Positions 45,029 to 54,737 of a stretch of 55,186 bases of DNA are shown in pieces. A model generated the notes under the pieces. That model was not told the DNA's origin. It was given only the letters and a program-made list of their open reading frames with translations, and did not search any database. The translations under genes were made by a program, and so were the position numbers. The DNA is taken from the NCBI GenBank assembly GCA_037142615.1, contig JBAXAI010000025.1, positions 1 to 55,186 on the forward strand. The letters are read 5' to 3'. This DNA is from Spirochaetales bacterium (GTDB lineage: Bacteria; Spirochaetota; Spirochaetia; JABEVK01). Every line of letters starts with the position of its first letter. Position 1 is the first letter of the stretch.

Positions 45029-47690
45029 GTTCGACTTTTTCCTCGGTTGTCTCGCCGGGATATTTCTGCTGCTCGTGTCGTGTCAGCAACCCGTGGCCAG
45101 CGGGCCCACGACACAGTTGTCGGTCAGCTGGACACAGCCGCCGTCGAAGGCGTTGCTTCCGTCGGTTCCAGCACTTTCCACCTACGACCTGACTCTCACG
45201 CCAGACTCTGGCGTGGCTAGTTCCAAAACCGGGTTGACCGCGACTTCGTTTGTCATCGAATCCCTGCTCTCGACCAAGTACACCGTGACCGTCGACGGCA
45301 AGGACTCGGCTGGAAAGGTGGTCGCGACCGGCTCCGGGACTGTGGACCTCTCCCAGACTGCCAAGCAGTCGCTTTCAGTGACTCTCGCCTACATCGACTC
45401 GGGTACGACGACCGGCAATCTGAAGCTGACCTTGGATTCGAGCACGTCCGGAATGACCGTTTCTCAGTACAAGCTGACGCTGGTCGACCCCGCCGGGAAC
45501 GTGACGACGCCAGCCCTCAGCGTCTCGGGAACCAAGGCCACTTACAGCAACCCCGCGGCTCTCGTGGGTTGGTACCGTCTGTACGCCAACTTAACCTCTG
45601 GGACCAAAGCCGCAACCCTGATGGAGACAGTTCTCGTGCTGCAGAACGTTCTCACTGAGGCGACCTCGTACTTTGTCGGCGCTGACTTTGTGGCGGCGCC
45701 GCAGCCGGTTTCTAGCCTTTCGTTGAACCAGTCGACCTCGAGCCTTCTGGTCGGGCAATCGGAAACGCTGACTCCGGTGTTCAACGCCGGTGCCGGAAAC
45801 CTGTTGGTTTCTTGGTCGAGCAGCGACCCCACCGTTCTCGCGGTGGATCAGAAAGGGATGGTGACGGCCCTGAAGACGGGTTCGAATGTTACCATCCGCG
45901 CTACATCTGCCGAGAACTCCGCCGTGTCTTCGACCTGTCAGTACAGCACGGTCAAAGCCTTGGTGATTTACCATCCCAACGCGACCACCTATGGAACCAT
46001 GCCGTCCGACCCGAACCCGTACCAGAGCGGCACGAGCGTCACGGTTCTTGGGAACACGGGCAACTCCGGGAAGCCCTGGTACACCTGGACGGCCTGGAAC
46101 ACAAAGGCCGATGGAACGGGCCAGGACTATTCGTCAGGCAACACTCTGTCTATGCCGTCCACCGGCTTGACGCTCTATGCCAAGCTGGCCGCCATCTCGG
46201 GCGGTGCCACGTGGGCCACGGGCACCACCAACGCCAGCGTCGGGCAGGCCACCTTCAATAGCGTCGTCACCGACTCGTCGGGGAACATCTACGCGGCGGG
46301 CTCGCAGACTGTCGCGGGAGTACTGGACTTTGGCAACAGCGTGACCTGGAACTCGGTAGGTCCCCTTGTCGTCAAGTACAGCTCGAGTGGACTCGCCCAG
46401 TGGGTGGCAGGTGGAACAGCGACCAGTGGAAGCGGGAGCTTCGTCGATGCCGCGTTTGACGGCTCTGGCAACCTCTATGTTGTCGGAAGTGAAACAGGAA
46501 CAGCGCAATGGAGCTACGGGAACAACGTTTCGGGGCCAAGCAGTCCGAGCGGCACCTATGCGGTGATCGTCAAGTTTAGTCCTGCGGGGCTGGCTCAGTG
46601 GGTCGGAAATGGGCCATCCGTCCTGACCTCAACGTTCAGCGCCTTGGCCATCGACCCGAGCGGCAACATCTACGTCGTTGGGTACGGTACGGGAATGGCG
46701 TCAGCATTTTCCTACACGACGATCGGTCCGAGCGCGACACCTTTGGCGACGTCCAGCGCGACTACGATGCCTGGTGGGGGTGTCAGCACCTGCGCAATGT
46801 TCCTGAAGTTGACTACGAGCGGAAGTTTTGTTTCGACTTCGTATAGCCCACCAACCGGAGCGAATACGACCTTTCAGGACGTCGCTCTCATGACTTTTGG
46901 GGCTAATCCTCCCGTTCCGTGGGTTCTCTGCCAGCAGTCGGGTGCCGCTGCCGTGAACTACTCGACGAAGTCGGCTACGGGAACCCGGAGCGGCAACAAT
47001 TCTGTGTTGGTTCAGTACGACGCTGCGGTTTCGCCGCAGATGACCATCGTCGTTAACTCCGACGCTACGGGAAGCTATCAAAGCGAGTTCAACCACCTGA
47101 CTGTGGACCCCTCCGCCACGTCGAATGTCAACTATATGTACGTTACCGGCTATCAGCAGGGAACCGCCACCTATCCTGGGCCCTACTGCAACGGCGGTAT
47201 CCCGAGCAACCCTGCGTCGCCCACGAGCGTAACGCTTCCGACAACCGGTTCGTCGCCCATCATCGCCTGCATCACTCCTGGCGGTACGCTCGCCTGGGTG
47301 ACGGCTCCCACTACCTCGAGTACGACAACGAGCAAGTTTACCGGTGTCACCCAACTCGCCAACGGCACCATCGCCGCAGTCGGATTCCTCACGGGAACCA
47401 GTCTATTCACGTTTGGATCGGTGGTGGCTCAAGGGTACGGTTCCAGTCTGAACGCGATTTCAGCGACCTTCAACCGACTGAATGGCAACCCCCTCACTGC
47501 CTCTAGTAGTGGTGCGGGCACCCCCGCCACCACCCAGTTCAACGCGGTCGCGACAGGTGGCGCTGGAACATTGCTCGACAACGCCATCGTTGCCGTCGGC
47601 TCGCTCAACGGCACCACAACCGCCACCTTCGGTCCCGAAGTCGCCGTCACGGGGACAGCTACCTCGAATCCGCTAGTTGTGAAGTACTAG
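45018..47690 (+). CDS. Lipoprotein with Ig-like (Big_2), InlB B-repeat and beta-propeller repeats
   Basis: LVSC lipobox; VSWSSSDPTVLAVDQKGMVTA; YHPN..WNTKADGTG; DSSGNIY / VKYSSSG..QW repeats. Confidence 0.8.
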   Translation: MGTRFDFFLGCLAGIFLLLVSCQQPVASGPTTQLSVSWTQPPSKALLPSVPALSTYDLTLTPDSGVASSKTGLTATSFVIESLLSTKYTVTVDGKDSAGKVVATGSGTVDLSQTAKQSLSVTLAYIDSGTTTGNLKLTLDSSTSGMTVSQYKLTLVDPAGNVTTPALSVSGTKATYSNPAALVGWYRLYANLTSGTKAATLMETVLVLQNVLTEATSYFVGADFVAAPQPVSSLSLNQSTSSLLVGQSETLTPVFNAGAGNLLVSWSSSDPTVLAVDQKGMVTALKTGSNVTIRATSAENSAVSSTCQYSTVKALVIYHPNATTYGTMPSDPNPYQSGTSVTVLGNTGNSGKPWYTWTAWNTKADGTGQDYSSGNTLSMPSTGLTLYAKLAAISGGATWATGTTNASVGQATFNSVVTDSSGNIYAAGSQTVAGVLDFGNSVTWNSVGPLVVKYSSSGLAQWVAGGTATSGSGSFVDAAFDGSGNLYVVGSETGTAQWSYGNNVSGPSSPSGTYAVIVKFSPAGLAQWVGNGPSVLTSTFSALAIDPSGNIYVVGYGTGMASAFSYTTIGPSATPLATSSATTMPGGGVSTCAMFLKLTTSGSFVSTSYSPPTGANTTFQDVALMTFGANPPVPWVLCQQSGAAAVNYSTKSATGTRSGNNSVLVQYDAAVSPQMTIVVNSDATGSYQSEFNHLTVDPSATSNVNYMYVTGYQQGTATYPGPYCNGGIPSNPASPTSVTLPTTGSSPIIACITPGGTLAWVTAPTTSSTTTSKFTGVTQLANGTIAAVGFLTGTSLFTFGSVVAQGYGSSLNAISATFNRLNGNPLTASSSGAGTPATTQFNAVATGGAGTLLDNAIVAVGSLNGTTTATFGPEVAVTGTATSNPLVVKY

Positions 47691-47723
47691 TCCTTCGACT
47701 CTTGTGTTTCTGCTTCCCATGCG

Positions 47724-49014
47724 CAAGCAGAACTGGCCTCGACCCCGTTATGTCCTTTACAATGGAGGACGAGCATGGGGGAGCCCAAAATGCAGACCGA
47801 AGAACGCTACACGTACAAAGATCTTTTGACCTGGCCCGAAAACGAACGGTGGGAGCTGATCCATGGCGTCCCGTTCCAACTCGAGGGACCGCAGATGGCG
47901 GCGCCGTCGACCGCGCATCAGGATTGGGTGCTTGAACTGGCCCACCAGTTCAAAACCCAGCTGAAGGGCAAACCGTGCAAGCCCTACGTGGCCCCGGTCG
48001 ATGTTTCGTTGCTGCACCGGGCCGGCGACAGCGCCGAGACCACCGACACCATCGTGCAGCCCGACGTGCTGGTGGTCTGCCGCCGCGAACAGGATACCGG
48101 CAAGGCCATCGTCGGCGCCCCGGTGTTTGTGCTCGAGGTGCAGTCGGCATCGACGGCGTTCCGCGACCAGACCGACAAACTCAAGCTTTACGAAGAGGCC
48201 GGGGTGCAGGAGTATTTGCTGTTCAATCCCATCAACTTCACGGCGTGGATTTTCCGACTGGGGCCGAACGGCCGCTACGGCAAACCTGAGGTGTGGATGG
48301 AACGCACCGTGATTGAGCTGGCCAGCCTGCCGGGCGTGACGCTGGACTTGACGGTCGAGCTCTAGGAGCCTTCCCTCAAGCAGAACTGGCCCTTACCCCG
48401 TTATGTCCTTTACAATGGAGGACGAGCATGGGGGAGCCCAAAATGCAGACCGAAGAACGCTACACGTACAAAGATCTTTTGACCTGGCCCGAAAACGAAC
48501 GGTGGGAGCTGATCCATGGCGTCCCGTTCCAACTCGAGGGACCGCAGATGGCGGCGCCGTCGACCGCGCATCAGGATTGGGTGCTTGAACTGGCCCACCA
48601 GTTCAAAACCCAGCTGAAGGGCAAACCGTGCAAGCCCTACGTGGCCCCGGTCGATGTTTCGTTGCTGCACCGGGCCGGCGACAGCGCCGAGACCACCGAC
48701 ACCATCGTGCAGCCCGACGTGCTGGTGGTCTGCCGCCGCGAACAGGATACCGGCAAGGCCATCGTCGGCGCCCCGGTGTTTGTGCTCGAGGTGCAGTCGG
48801 CATCGACGGCGTTCCGCGACCAGACCGACAAACTCAAGCTTTACGAAGAGGCCGGGGTGCAGGAGTATTTGCTGTTCAATCCCATCAACTTCACGGCGTG
48901 GATTTTCCGACTGGGGCCGAACGGCCGCTACGGCAAACCTGAGGTGTGGATGGAACGCACCGTGATTGAGCTGGCCAGCCTGCCGGGCGTGACGCTGGAC
49001 TTGACGGTCGAGCT
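47724..49014 (+). repeat. Direct tandem duplication, 638-bp segments at 653-bp period
   Basis: 47724-48361 vs 48377-49014; only a 3-nt difference seen (TCG vs CTT) upstream of the CDS. Confidence 0.92.
47775..48365 (+). CDS. Uma2 family endonuclease, copy 1
   Basis: RYTYKD..RWELIHG..MAAPSTAHQ, APVDV, VQPDVLVVC, VLEVQS, KLKLYEEAGVQEY. Confidence 0.92.
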   Translation: MGEPKMQTEERYTYKDLLTWPENERWELIHGVPFQLEGPQMAAPSTAHQDWVLELAHQFKTQLKGKPCKPYVAPVDVSLLHRAGDSAETTDTIVQPDVLVVCRREQDTGKAIVGAPVFVLEVQSASTAFRDQTDKLKLYEEAGVQEYLLFNPINFTAWIFRLGPNGRYGKPEVWMERTVIELASLPGVTLDLTVEL

Positions 49015-49027
49015 GGCGTTGGAGTGA
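48428..49027 (+). CDS. Uma2 family endonuclease, copy 2
   Basis: Protein identical to copy 1 apart from 3 extra C-terminal residues. Confidence 0.92.
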   Translation: MGEPKMQTEERYTYKDLLTWPENERWELIHGVPFQLEGPQMAAPSTAHQDWVLELAHQFKTQLKGKPCKPYVAPVDVSLLHRAGDSAETTDTIVQPDVLVVCRREQDTGKAIVGAPVFVLEVQSASTAFRDQTDKLKLYEEAGVQEYLLFNPINFTAWIFRLGPNGRYGKPEVWMERTVIELASLPGVTLDLTVELALE

Positions 49028-50316
49028 GCAAGGGATCGCTCCGGCTCGTCATCACAGCGCTCAACGAGAACGGCTACGGCGTGGGTCAAAAGGCGGGGCA
49101 GACGCTTACCGTGGCCCGCACCGCTCCTGGCGACCAGGTGCTCGTTGGGCCTCCGAAAACCACCGAACGCTGGAGCAGCGCCGACTTGCTGCAGGTGGTG
49201 TCCCCTGGCCCCGACCGCATCGTTTCGCCGTGCAGGGCGTTTACGGAAGGCTGCGGCGGCTGCCAATGGCTTCACCTCACCTACTCGGCGCAAATCAGCT
49301 GGAAACAGAAGAACCTCGCCGAGTTGCTGCGCACGCGCGCCGGTTACCGCGGGCCGATCGAGCCGCTGGTCCGCATGGAAAAGCCTGAGGCCTACCGCAA
49401 CAAGCTGTCGCTCAAGAACGCCGGGGGAAGGCTGGTGTTCGTGCCCGAGTTTGACGCCGGCACGCTGGCTCCGGCAGAATGCCTGGTGCAGACCCGCGCC
49501 CTCCAGACCGCGTGGGCCGCGCTGAGGGGGCTCAAGGTCCCGCCAGCCCTCGAGCAACTCCACCTGCGCAGCAACCTTCTCGGCGCCGTGGGGCTCCACG
49601 CGTTTGTGAAGGCCCTGGATCCCGCCACCGAGACTGCGCTGAAGTCGCTGTTCGCTGCCCTTCCCGGGGCCGTCGGCCTGGGTGCGACCACCCGCCAAGG
49701 GTACCGCCTCGTTTCGGGCGAGGCTGCGTTGGCCCAAACCCTTCCCGACGTCACCGCCTCACCCACGTGGCTGATTCCCCACAATGGCTTTTTTCAGACG
49801 AATGCGGCCCAAGCGGGCGTACTGCTTGACTTGGTCCGCCGCGAGGCACGCCTTGCCAAGACCGACCGTCTGCTCGACCTGTACTGCGGTGCGGGGTTTT
49901 TCGGGCTCGCGCTGGCTTCGTCGGCCCGCGAAGTGGTTGGCCTCGAGGAAAATCCGCAGTCAGTGGCGGCCGCCACAAACAGCGCTGCGCACTCGGGAGT
50001 GACCAACGCACGCTTCTTGGTCGGCGACCTCGGGGCGGTGTTGGCATCGCTGGAAGGCGCCGGGGGCGAAGTATCGCCCCGCGAAGTCGCGGTGGTGGAT
50101 CCGCCCCGCGAAGGCCTGCTGCCGCGGGCGCTCGACGCCCTGGTCGCCCGGGCTCCGAAGCGGCTGGTTTACGTGTCGTGCCACGCCCCGTCGCTCGCGC
50201 GTGACTACAAGGTCCTGGCCAAGGCCGGGTACCGGGGCGTCAACTGCACGCCCATCGACATGTTTCCGCATACCTCGCACCTCGAGACCGTGATGACGAT
50301 GGAGAAAAGCAGATGA
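49024..50316 (+). CDS. rlmD: 23S rRNA (uracil-5)-methyltransferase, RlmD/TrmA family
   Basis: TRAM-like N-terminus, C..CGGCQW, YRNK, FFQTN, DLYCGAG, DPPREG, YVSC, DMFPHTSHLE. Confidence 0.9.
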   Translation: MSKGSLRLVITALNENGYGVGQKAGQTLTVARTAPGDQVLVGPPKTTERWSSADLLQVVSPGPDRIVSPCRAFTEGCGGCQWLHLTYSAQISWKQKNLAELLRTRAGYRGPIEPLVRMEKPEAYRNKLSLKNAGGRLVFVPEFDAGTLAPAECLVQTRALQTAWAALRGLKVPPALEQLHLRSNLLGAVGLHAFVKALDPATETALKSLFAALPGAVGLGATTRQGYRLVSGEAALAQTLPDVTASPTWLIPHNGFFQTNAAQAGVLLDLVRREARLAKTDRLLDLYCGAGFFGLALASSAREVVGLEENPQSVAAATNSAAHSGVTNARFLVGDLGAVLASLEGAGGEVSPREVAVVDPPREGLLPRALDALVARAPKRLVYVSCHAPSLARDYKVLAKAGYRGVNCTPIDMFPHTSHLETVMTMEKSR

Positions 50317-50834
50317 AGAGTGTTTTCAAATGGATTTTTGGCTTGGTCGGCGCTGCCGTCCTTGCCGTCGTGGTCGCCCTCGGTGCGGTCTACCTGGGTT
50401 GGATTCCCGTACCTGATTGGGTGGTCGGAGCCGCCGTTTCCTCACGCGGCCTGAGCAGCGCCGAAGCCGACAAAGTCAGCCGCTCGCTCAACTTATACCG
50501 AGTGCTCCGAACCGCGCCCGAGAGCAAGCTCCTCGATCAGGCGTTGGCGCTGGCGACGCGCGACGCCACCGGCGGCGACTGGTTCCGGTTTGTGAAGTCC
50601 GCTTGGCCGCAATTGTCCGCCGAGACCAAACAGCGGGTGCGCGAACAGCTTCGCATCGACGATGCCGACTTCGCCGCTCTCGACAAACTGGTGACGGCGA
50701 GGCTCGCGGTGGCGACCGAACCCGACTCGTTCCGGCTCACGGCAGGCGACGAGAAACTCCTGCTCGCGCTCGACGCCAAGTACGGCTTTACCGAGTTGCT
50801 GACCAAGGTGTTTGACACCGCCGCTAGTCCTTGA
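50313..50834 (+). CDS. Hypothetical membrane-anchored protein
   Basis: ATGA overlap with rlmD; N-terminal TM helix; helical remainder. Confidence 0.7.
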   Translation: MKSVFKWIFGLVGAAVLAVVVALGAVYLGWIPVPDWVVGAAVSSRGLSSAEADKVSRSLNLYRVLRTAPESKLLDQALALATRDATGGDWFRFVKSAWPQLSAETKQRVREQLRIDDADFAALDKLVTARLAVATEPDSFRLTAGDEKLLLALDAKYGFTELLTKVFDTAASP

Positions 50835-51123
50835 ACAGCGACCCGAAGGCGTCCTTGGCGGCCTTCTTCTTGGTCAGGTCGGCTTGGGCCGCCAGGCCGG
50901 CCCGGGGTCCTTTGGTCGGTTCAAACCGGAACCCGTCGCAAAAGTTGGCGCTGTCTTTGTCGAGGACGTGTTCGGCGACGGTTTCGCGGCACTCCCAGTG
51001 CGACGACGGGTCGTAGAACTTGCAGTTGCGGCAAATCTTCACGTCGTTGCCGCACGAGGCGCACTTGGACGACCGGTATACCTCGGTCAGGTGTGAAAGG
51101 TCAGCGTTGCAGAAGGGGCACAT
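50824..51123 (-). CDS. Small Cys-rich zinc-ribbon-like protein
   Basis: CPFC..CASC..CRNCKFYD..CRE..ANFCD; ends AFGSLFKD. Confidence 0.8.
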   Translation of the reverse strand: MCPFCNADLSHLTEVYRSSKCASCGNDVKICRNCKFYDPSSHWECRETVAEHVLDKDSANFCDGFRFEPTKGPRAGLAAQADLTKKKAAKDAFGSLFKD

Positions 51124-51162
51124 GCCCTCAGAATACCCTCGCCGCACGCCCGAGCCAAGGGC

Positions 51163-51208
51163 TTGACGATAGGGCGAAAAATGAGTATTAGTTACTAATG
51201 TTAACTAA
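51163..51208 (+). promoter_or_regulatory. marR promoter with palindromic operator over the start codon
   Basis: TTGACG-N17-TATTAG; inverted repeat TTAGTTA-N7-TAACTAA (51188-51208). Confidence 0.6.
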
Positions 51209-51653
51209 ATCTGAGAAACGCTACCGCCACGAGGAACTCTTTCATGTGGTGTTCGACGTGATCGGAATGCTGCAAAAAGACCTGCTTCGCATGGACCTGC
51301 GCCTCGATGCGGGCGATCTGTCCAAACTCCACCTGGGCATACTCGGCGCGCTGAGCCGCTACCGGGAACTGCCGGTCACCGAGTTGGCCGACAAGATGCA
51401 CGTCGTCAAGCCGCAAATGTCGCTGCTGCTCGACAAGCTGGAGGGGTTGGGGCTCGTCACCCGGTCCCCCTCGGCCCAGGACCGCCGCCGTTTGCAGGTG
51501 GCGCTCACCGTGCAGGGCGAACTGGTGCTGGCCCAGGCGCTCACGAGGATGGACGAGGCCCTGACCGGGACTCTCGCCTGCCTGGAGGACGCAGAGGTCG
51601 AAGAGTTGGTGAGGAGCCTGACTTCTGCTGCCAAGATTTTGAAGAAACTTTGA
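51198..51653 (+). CDS. MarR family transcriptional regulator
   Basis: ELADKMHV..LLDKLEGLGLVTR..DRR..LTVQG. Confidence 0.92.
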   Translation: MLTKSEKRYRHEELFHVVFDVIGMLQKDLLRMDLRLDAGDLSKLHLGILGALSRYRELPVTELADKMHVVKPQMSLLLDKLEGLGLVTRSPSAQDRRRLQVALTVQGELVLAQALTRMDEALTGTLACLEDAEVEELVRSLTSAAKILKKL

Positions 51654-51671
51654 TTTTGAAGAGGAGATTGT

Positions 51672-53384
51672 ATGTCTGATTCGCTCAAAAACCCCGGCCG
51701 CTGGGGTGTGCTGGCCATCATCTGCTGCGCGCTGTTCATGATCATGCTGCAAAGCAACGTGATCAACCTGGCCATCCCGCACATCCAAAAGGACTTTGGC
51801 GCCGACCTGACCACGGTGTCGTGGATCACCAACGGCTACCTGCTCGTGTTCACCGTGTTCCTGCTCACGTTGGGGCGCCTTGGCGACGAAATCGGCCGCA
51901 AAAAGGTGTTCCTTTCGGGCCTGGTCGTCTTTACCTTCGGCTCGGCTCTGTGCGCCTTCCTCCCTGGCACTTCGATGGGCATCGAGGGACTCATTCTCGG
52001 CGCGCTGGTGCAGGGGCTCGGCGGCGCGGCGATGATGCCGGCCACGATGTCGCTGGTCGCCTCGAACTTCGACGCCAAAGAACGCGGCATGGCGCTGGGG
52101 CTGTGGGGTGCCACCAGCGGCTTGGCTGTCGCTATTGGCCCTACGCTGGGCGGCTACCTCACCGATGTCGGCCTGGGCGATTCGATCAACCAGTTCTTCG
52201 GCATCGCGCAAGGCTGGCGCTACATCTACTTCTTGAACCTGTTTTTGGGTGTGGTCATCGCCATTTTGACCGCGATTTACGTGCCCGAATCGAAGGACCG
52301 CGAGACCAAGCACAAGTACGACGTGGTAGGCATCCTCCTGTCGGGCTCGATGTTGTTCTGCCTCGTGTTCGGCCTGGTCAACGGCTCCGACTACGGTTGG
52401 TGGGACAAGAAGAAAGACTTCCTGCTCTTCGGGCTCAACCTGTCGCCCGGGAGCTTGAGCCTGATGCCGATTCTGCTCATCGCGTCGGCGGTGCTGGCGG
52501 TGGTGTTCGCCCTGTGGGAGAAGACCCGCAAGGTTGACCCGTTGATGGATCTCAATTTGTTCAACGACCGGAACTTCCTCGCCGGAAGCTTGGTGGCGGC
52601 CATTCTCAGTTTTGCCATGATGGGCACCTTCTTCCTCGTGCCGGTGTTCCTGCAAAACGTGCTGCACTACAGCGCCATCGAAGCCGGGCTCATCATGCTG
52701 CCCCTGGCTTTGGCCGTGATGTTCGCCAGCCCCTTGGCCGGCTTTTTGGCCGACAAGATCGGTGGCAAATGGGTCATCGTGGTCGGCATGGTGCTCATGG
52801 CGGCCGGGGGGTACTGGACGGCGTGGTTCCGCCTCGACACCACCCCCTGGGAACTTGTGCTGCCCTTTATCGTGATGGGAGCAGGCATCGCGCTGGCCAT
52901 GTCGCCCAACACCAACATCGCCCTGCTTACGGTGCCCATCGACGAAGTGGGGGGAGCCTCGGGCTTTTTGAGCACTTTGCGCCAAATGGGCAGCGTGCTC
53001 GGCATCACCATCCTAGTCACCGTTTTCGCCAACAACATCCCCTACTACGGCGAGCGCAACTTGGGCCAAATCAGCGACAAGGTGGTCCCGCCCGTGGTTA
53101 AGGAAAAGATCATCGAGGGCCTGCACAGCGGCGGCGGCATGCAGCAGCAGGATCCAGCGGCCATGGACCAATACCTGGTGCTGTACAAAGAAGCCCGACG
53201 CACCGAAATCAAAACCGCTGTTGGCGGCGCCATGACCCAAAGCGTGGTCGACAGCATCAACCGCACGTTCAAGTGGGCGGCGGTGGTGGCACTTCTGGGT
53301 GGTTTCGCGGCGCTGGCTCTCAAGGGGCGCCGACCCGAACCCAAGAAGAAGCCGGGTGAACCGGCAGAGGCGCCGAATGCGTAG
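51672..53384 (+). CDS. DHA2 (EmrB/QacA) MFS efflux transporter
   Basis: WITNGYLL, GRLGDEIGRKK, QGLGGA, GPTLGGYL, WRYIYFLN, RQMGSVLG. Confidence 0.93.
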   Translation: MSDSLKNPGRWGVLAIICCALFMIMLQSNVINLAIPHIQKDFGADLTTVSWITNGYLLVFTVFLLTLGRLGDEIGRKKVFLSGLVVFTFGSALCAFLPGTSMGIEGLILGALVQGLGGAAMMPATMSLVASNFDAKERGMALGLWGATSGLAVAIGPTLGGYLTDVGLGDSINQFFGIAQGWRYIYFLNLFLGVVIAILTAIYVPESKDRETKHKYDVVGILLSGSMLFCLVFGLVNGSDYGWWDKKKDFLLFGLNLSPGSLSLMPILLIASAVLAVVFALWEKTRKVDPLMDLNLFNDRNFLAGSLVAAILSFAMMGTFFLVPVFLQNVLHYSAIEAGLIMLPLALAVMFASPLAGFLADKIGGKWVIVVGMVLMAAGGYWTAWFRLDTTPWELVLPFIVMGAGIALAMSPNTNIALLTVPIDEVGGASGFLSTLRQMGSVLGITILVTVFANNIPYYGERNLGQISDKVVPPVVKEKIIEGLHSGGGMQQQDPAAMDQYLVLYKEARRTEIKTAVGGAMTQSVVDSINRTFKWAAVVALLGGFAALALKGRRPEPKKKPGEPAEAPNA

Positions 53385-53691
53385 GCCGGGCCGACTGGCC
53401 ACCAGGATGACCCTGGCGGCTGGACCTTTGGCCGTGGGGGTCCTACTCGTGGCCCTGCTTGCGCTCAGCGGCTGTGCTTCGGCACCACCACCCGGCCCGG
53501 CCGTCGAGCCATTGGACCCCTCCGTGGCGGTGGAATGGGTGCCCGAGGTGGCCGAGCAGTTTGCCAAAGAGGTGCCCAAGGCCGTGCAGAAGATCGCCAA
53601 GAAAGAGACCGAAAAACAGGCCCGCTTGAGGGGCAAAGCCCTCATCGACCAGGCGCTGTACGATGAATTGAAAGCTGAGATGGGCCGCTGA
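53377..53691 (+). CDS. Hypothetical lipoprotein
   Basis: LSGC lipobox after hydrophobic stretch; overlaps MFS stop; alternative start 53407. Confidence 0.65.
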   Translation: MRRPGRLATRMTLAAGPLAVGVLLVALLALSGCASAPPPGPAVEPLDPSVAVEWVPEVAEQFAKEVPKAVQKIAKKETEKQARLRGKALIDQALYDELKAEMGR

Positions 53692-53708
53692 GCCCACAAG
53701 GAGTCAAC

Positions 53709-54143
53709 ATGAAACAGACACCCACGTTTGGCGACACCGGGGCAGCCCGGTTGGGAATGGCGCTCGTCTTTGGGCTGCTCGCCACACTTGCCTTCGCCGC
53801 CGACAAACCCAAGACTGACAAAGACCTGATTCAGGGCCTTTGGTCGGTGTCCGAAGGCACCTACTCCGACGGCACCCTCGAGACCGAACTCGAAATGTCG
53901 TTCGCCTTCACCGCCGACGCGCTGACCAACCCCATGGACAACACCAAGGCTCCTTACACCCTCGACGAAAAGGCCAAAACCGTCACGTCGAAGGGAAAGG
54001 ACAGCACCATGGTGATGAAGTACCGCTTTGTCGACGCCACGCACCTCGAGATCGTCGAAATGACGGTCACCGCCAAGAAGGCCATGACCATCGTCGGCGC
54101 CAAGGGCACTTTCAGCCTGCTGAAGCTGAAAAAGTCCAGCTGA
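53709..54143 (+). CDS. Secreted hypothetical protein (TIGR03067/lipocalin-like beta domain)
   Basis: AAGGAG RBS, signal peptide, DLIQGLWSV, YTLDEKAKTV. Confidence 0.6.
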   Translation: MKQTPTFGDTGAARLGMALVFGLLATLAFAADKPKTDKDLIQGLWSVSEGTYSDGTLETELEMSFAFTADALTNPMDNTKAPYTLDEKAKTVTSKGKDSTMVMKYRFVDATHLEIVEMTVTAKKAMTIVGAKGTFSLLKLKKSS

Positions 54144-54149
54144 GGACGA

Positions 54150-54737
54150 CTACTTCAGCAGCGCCGCGTCGAGCACCTCATAATCGGCGCGGTGGATGTA
54201 CAGGGCCTTGCCGTCGATGGTCACCAGGGTGGTTTTTGGCAAGTTCGCCGGCACCGAGACCGCGACGGTATTGCCCTCGTAAAGGCCCACCACGATGCCC
54301 ATCTGCGACTTGACCACCACCACGCGCTTCTTACCCAGTTTGTTCTGAAACGCGTTGAGGTTGCGTTCCAGCGGGATGTAGGTGGCCTTGTTCTCGCCCG
54401 TCACGCGCTTGAGGTACTCGTAGTCGAAGTCTTCGAGCGCCGCCAGGCCTTGCTCGGCGAACAGCATTGTGGAGCCCACATGCAGCACCTGGTGGCCGTC
54501 GACCTGCAAGTCGAGCACCTCGGAGTCGGGCAGCACGCCGATCGACACGCCGACCTGGTTGAGCGTGAGCGTGTTGTTACCCCACGCGTCGTACACGGTG
54601 AGTTTGCCGCCGTTACCCAGGAACGAGTTCTTGAACTTGGCCGTCCACTGGTCGAGGGCGCCACAGCCGGTAAGCGTGAGCCCGAAGAGCACGATCAGGC
54701 CAAAGGCAGCGGGGCGCAAGAAGTTTTTGTGTTTCAT
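54150..54737 (-). CDS. DUF5052-like lipoprotein
   Basis: LTGC lipobox; VYDAWG, VDGHQVLHVGSTMLF, VVKSQMG, LPKTTLVTIDGKALYIHRAD. Confidence 0.75.
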   Translation of the reverse strand: MKHKNFLRPAAFGLIVLFGLTLTGCGALDQWTAKFKNSFLGNGGKLTVYDAWGNNTLTLNQVGVSIGVLPDSEVLDLQVDGHQVLHVGSTMLFAEQGLAALEDFDYEYLKRVTGENKATYIPLERNLNAFQNKLGKKRVVVVKSQMGIVVGLYEGNTVAVSVPANLPKTTLVTIDGKALYIHRADYEVLDAALLK

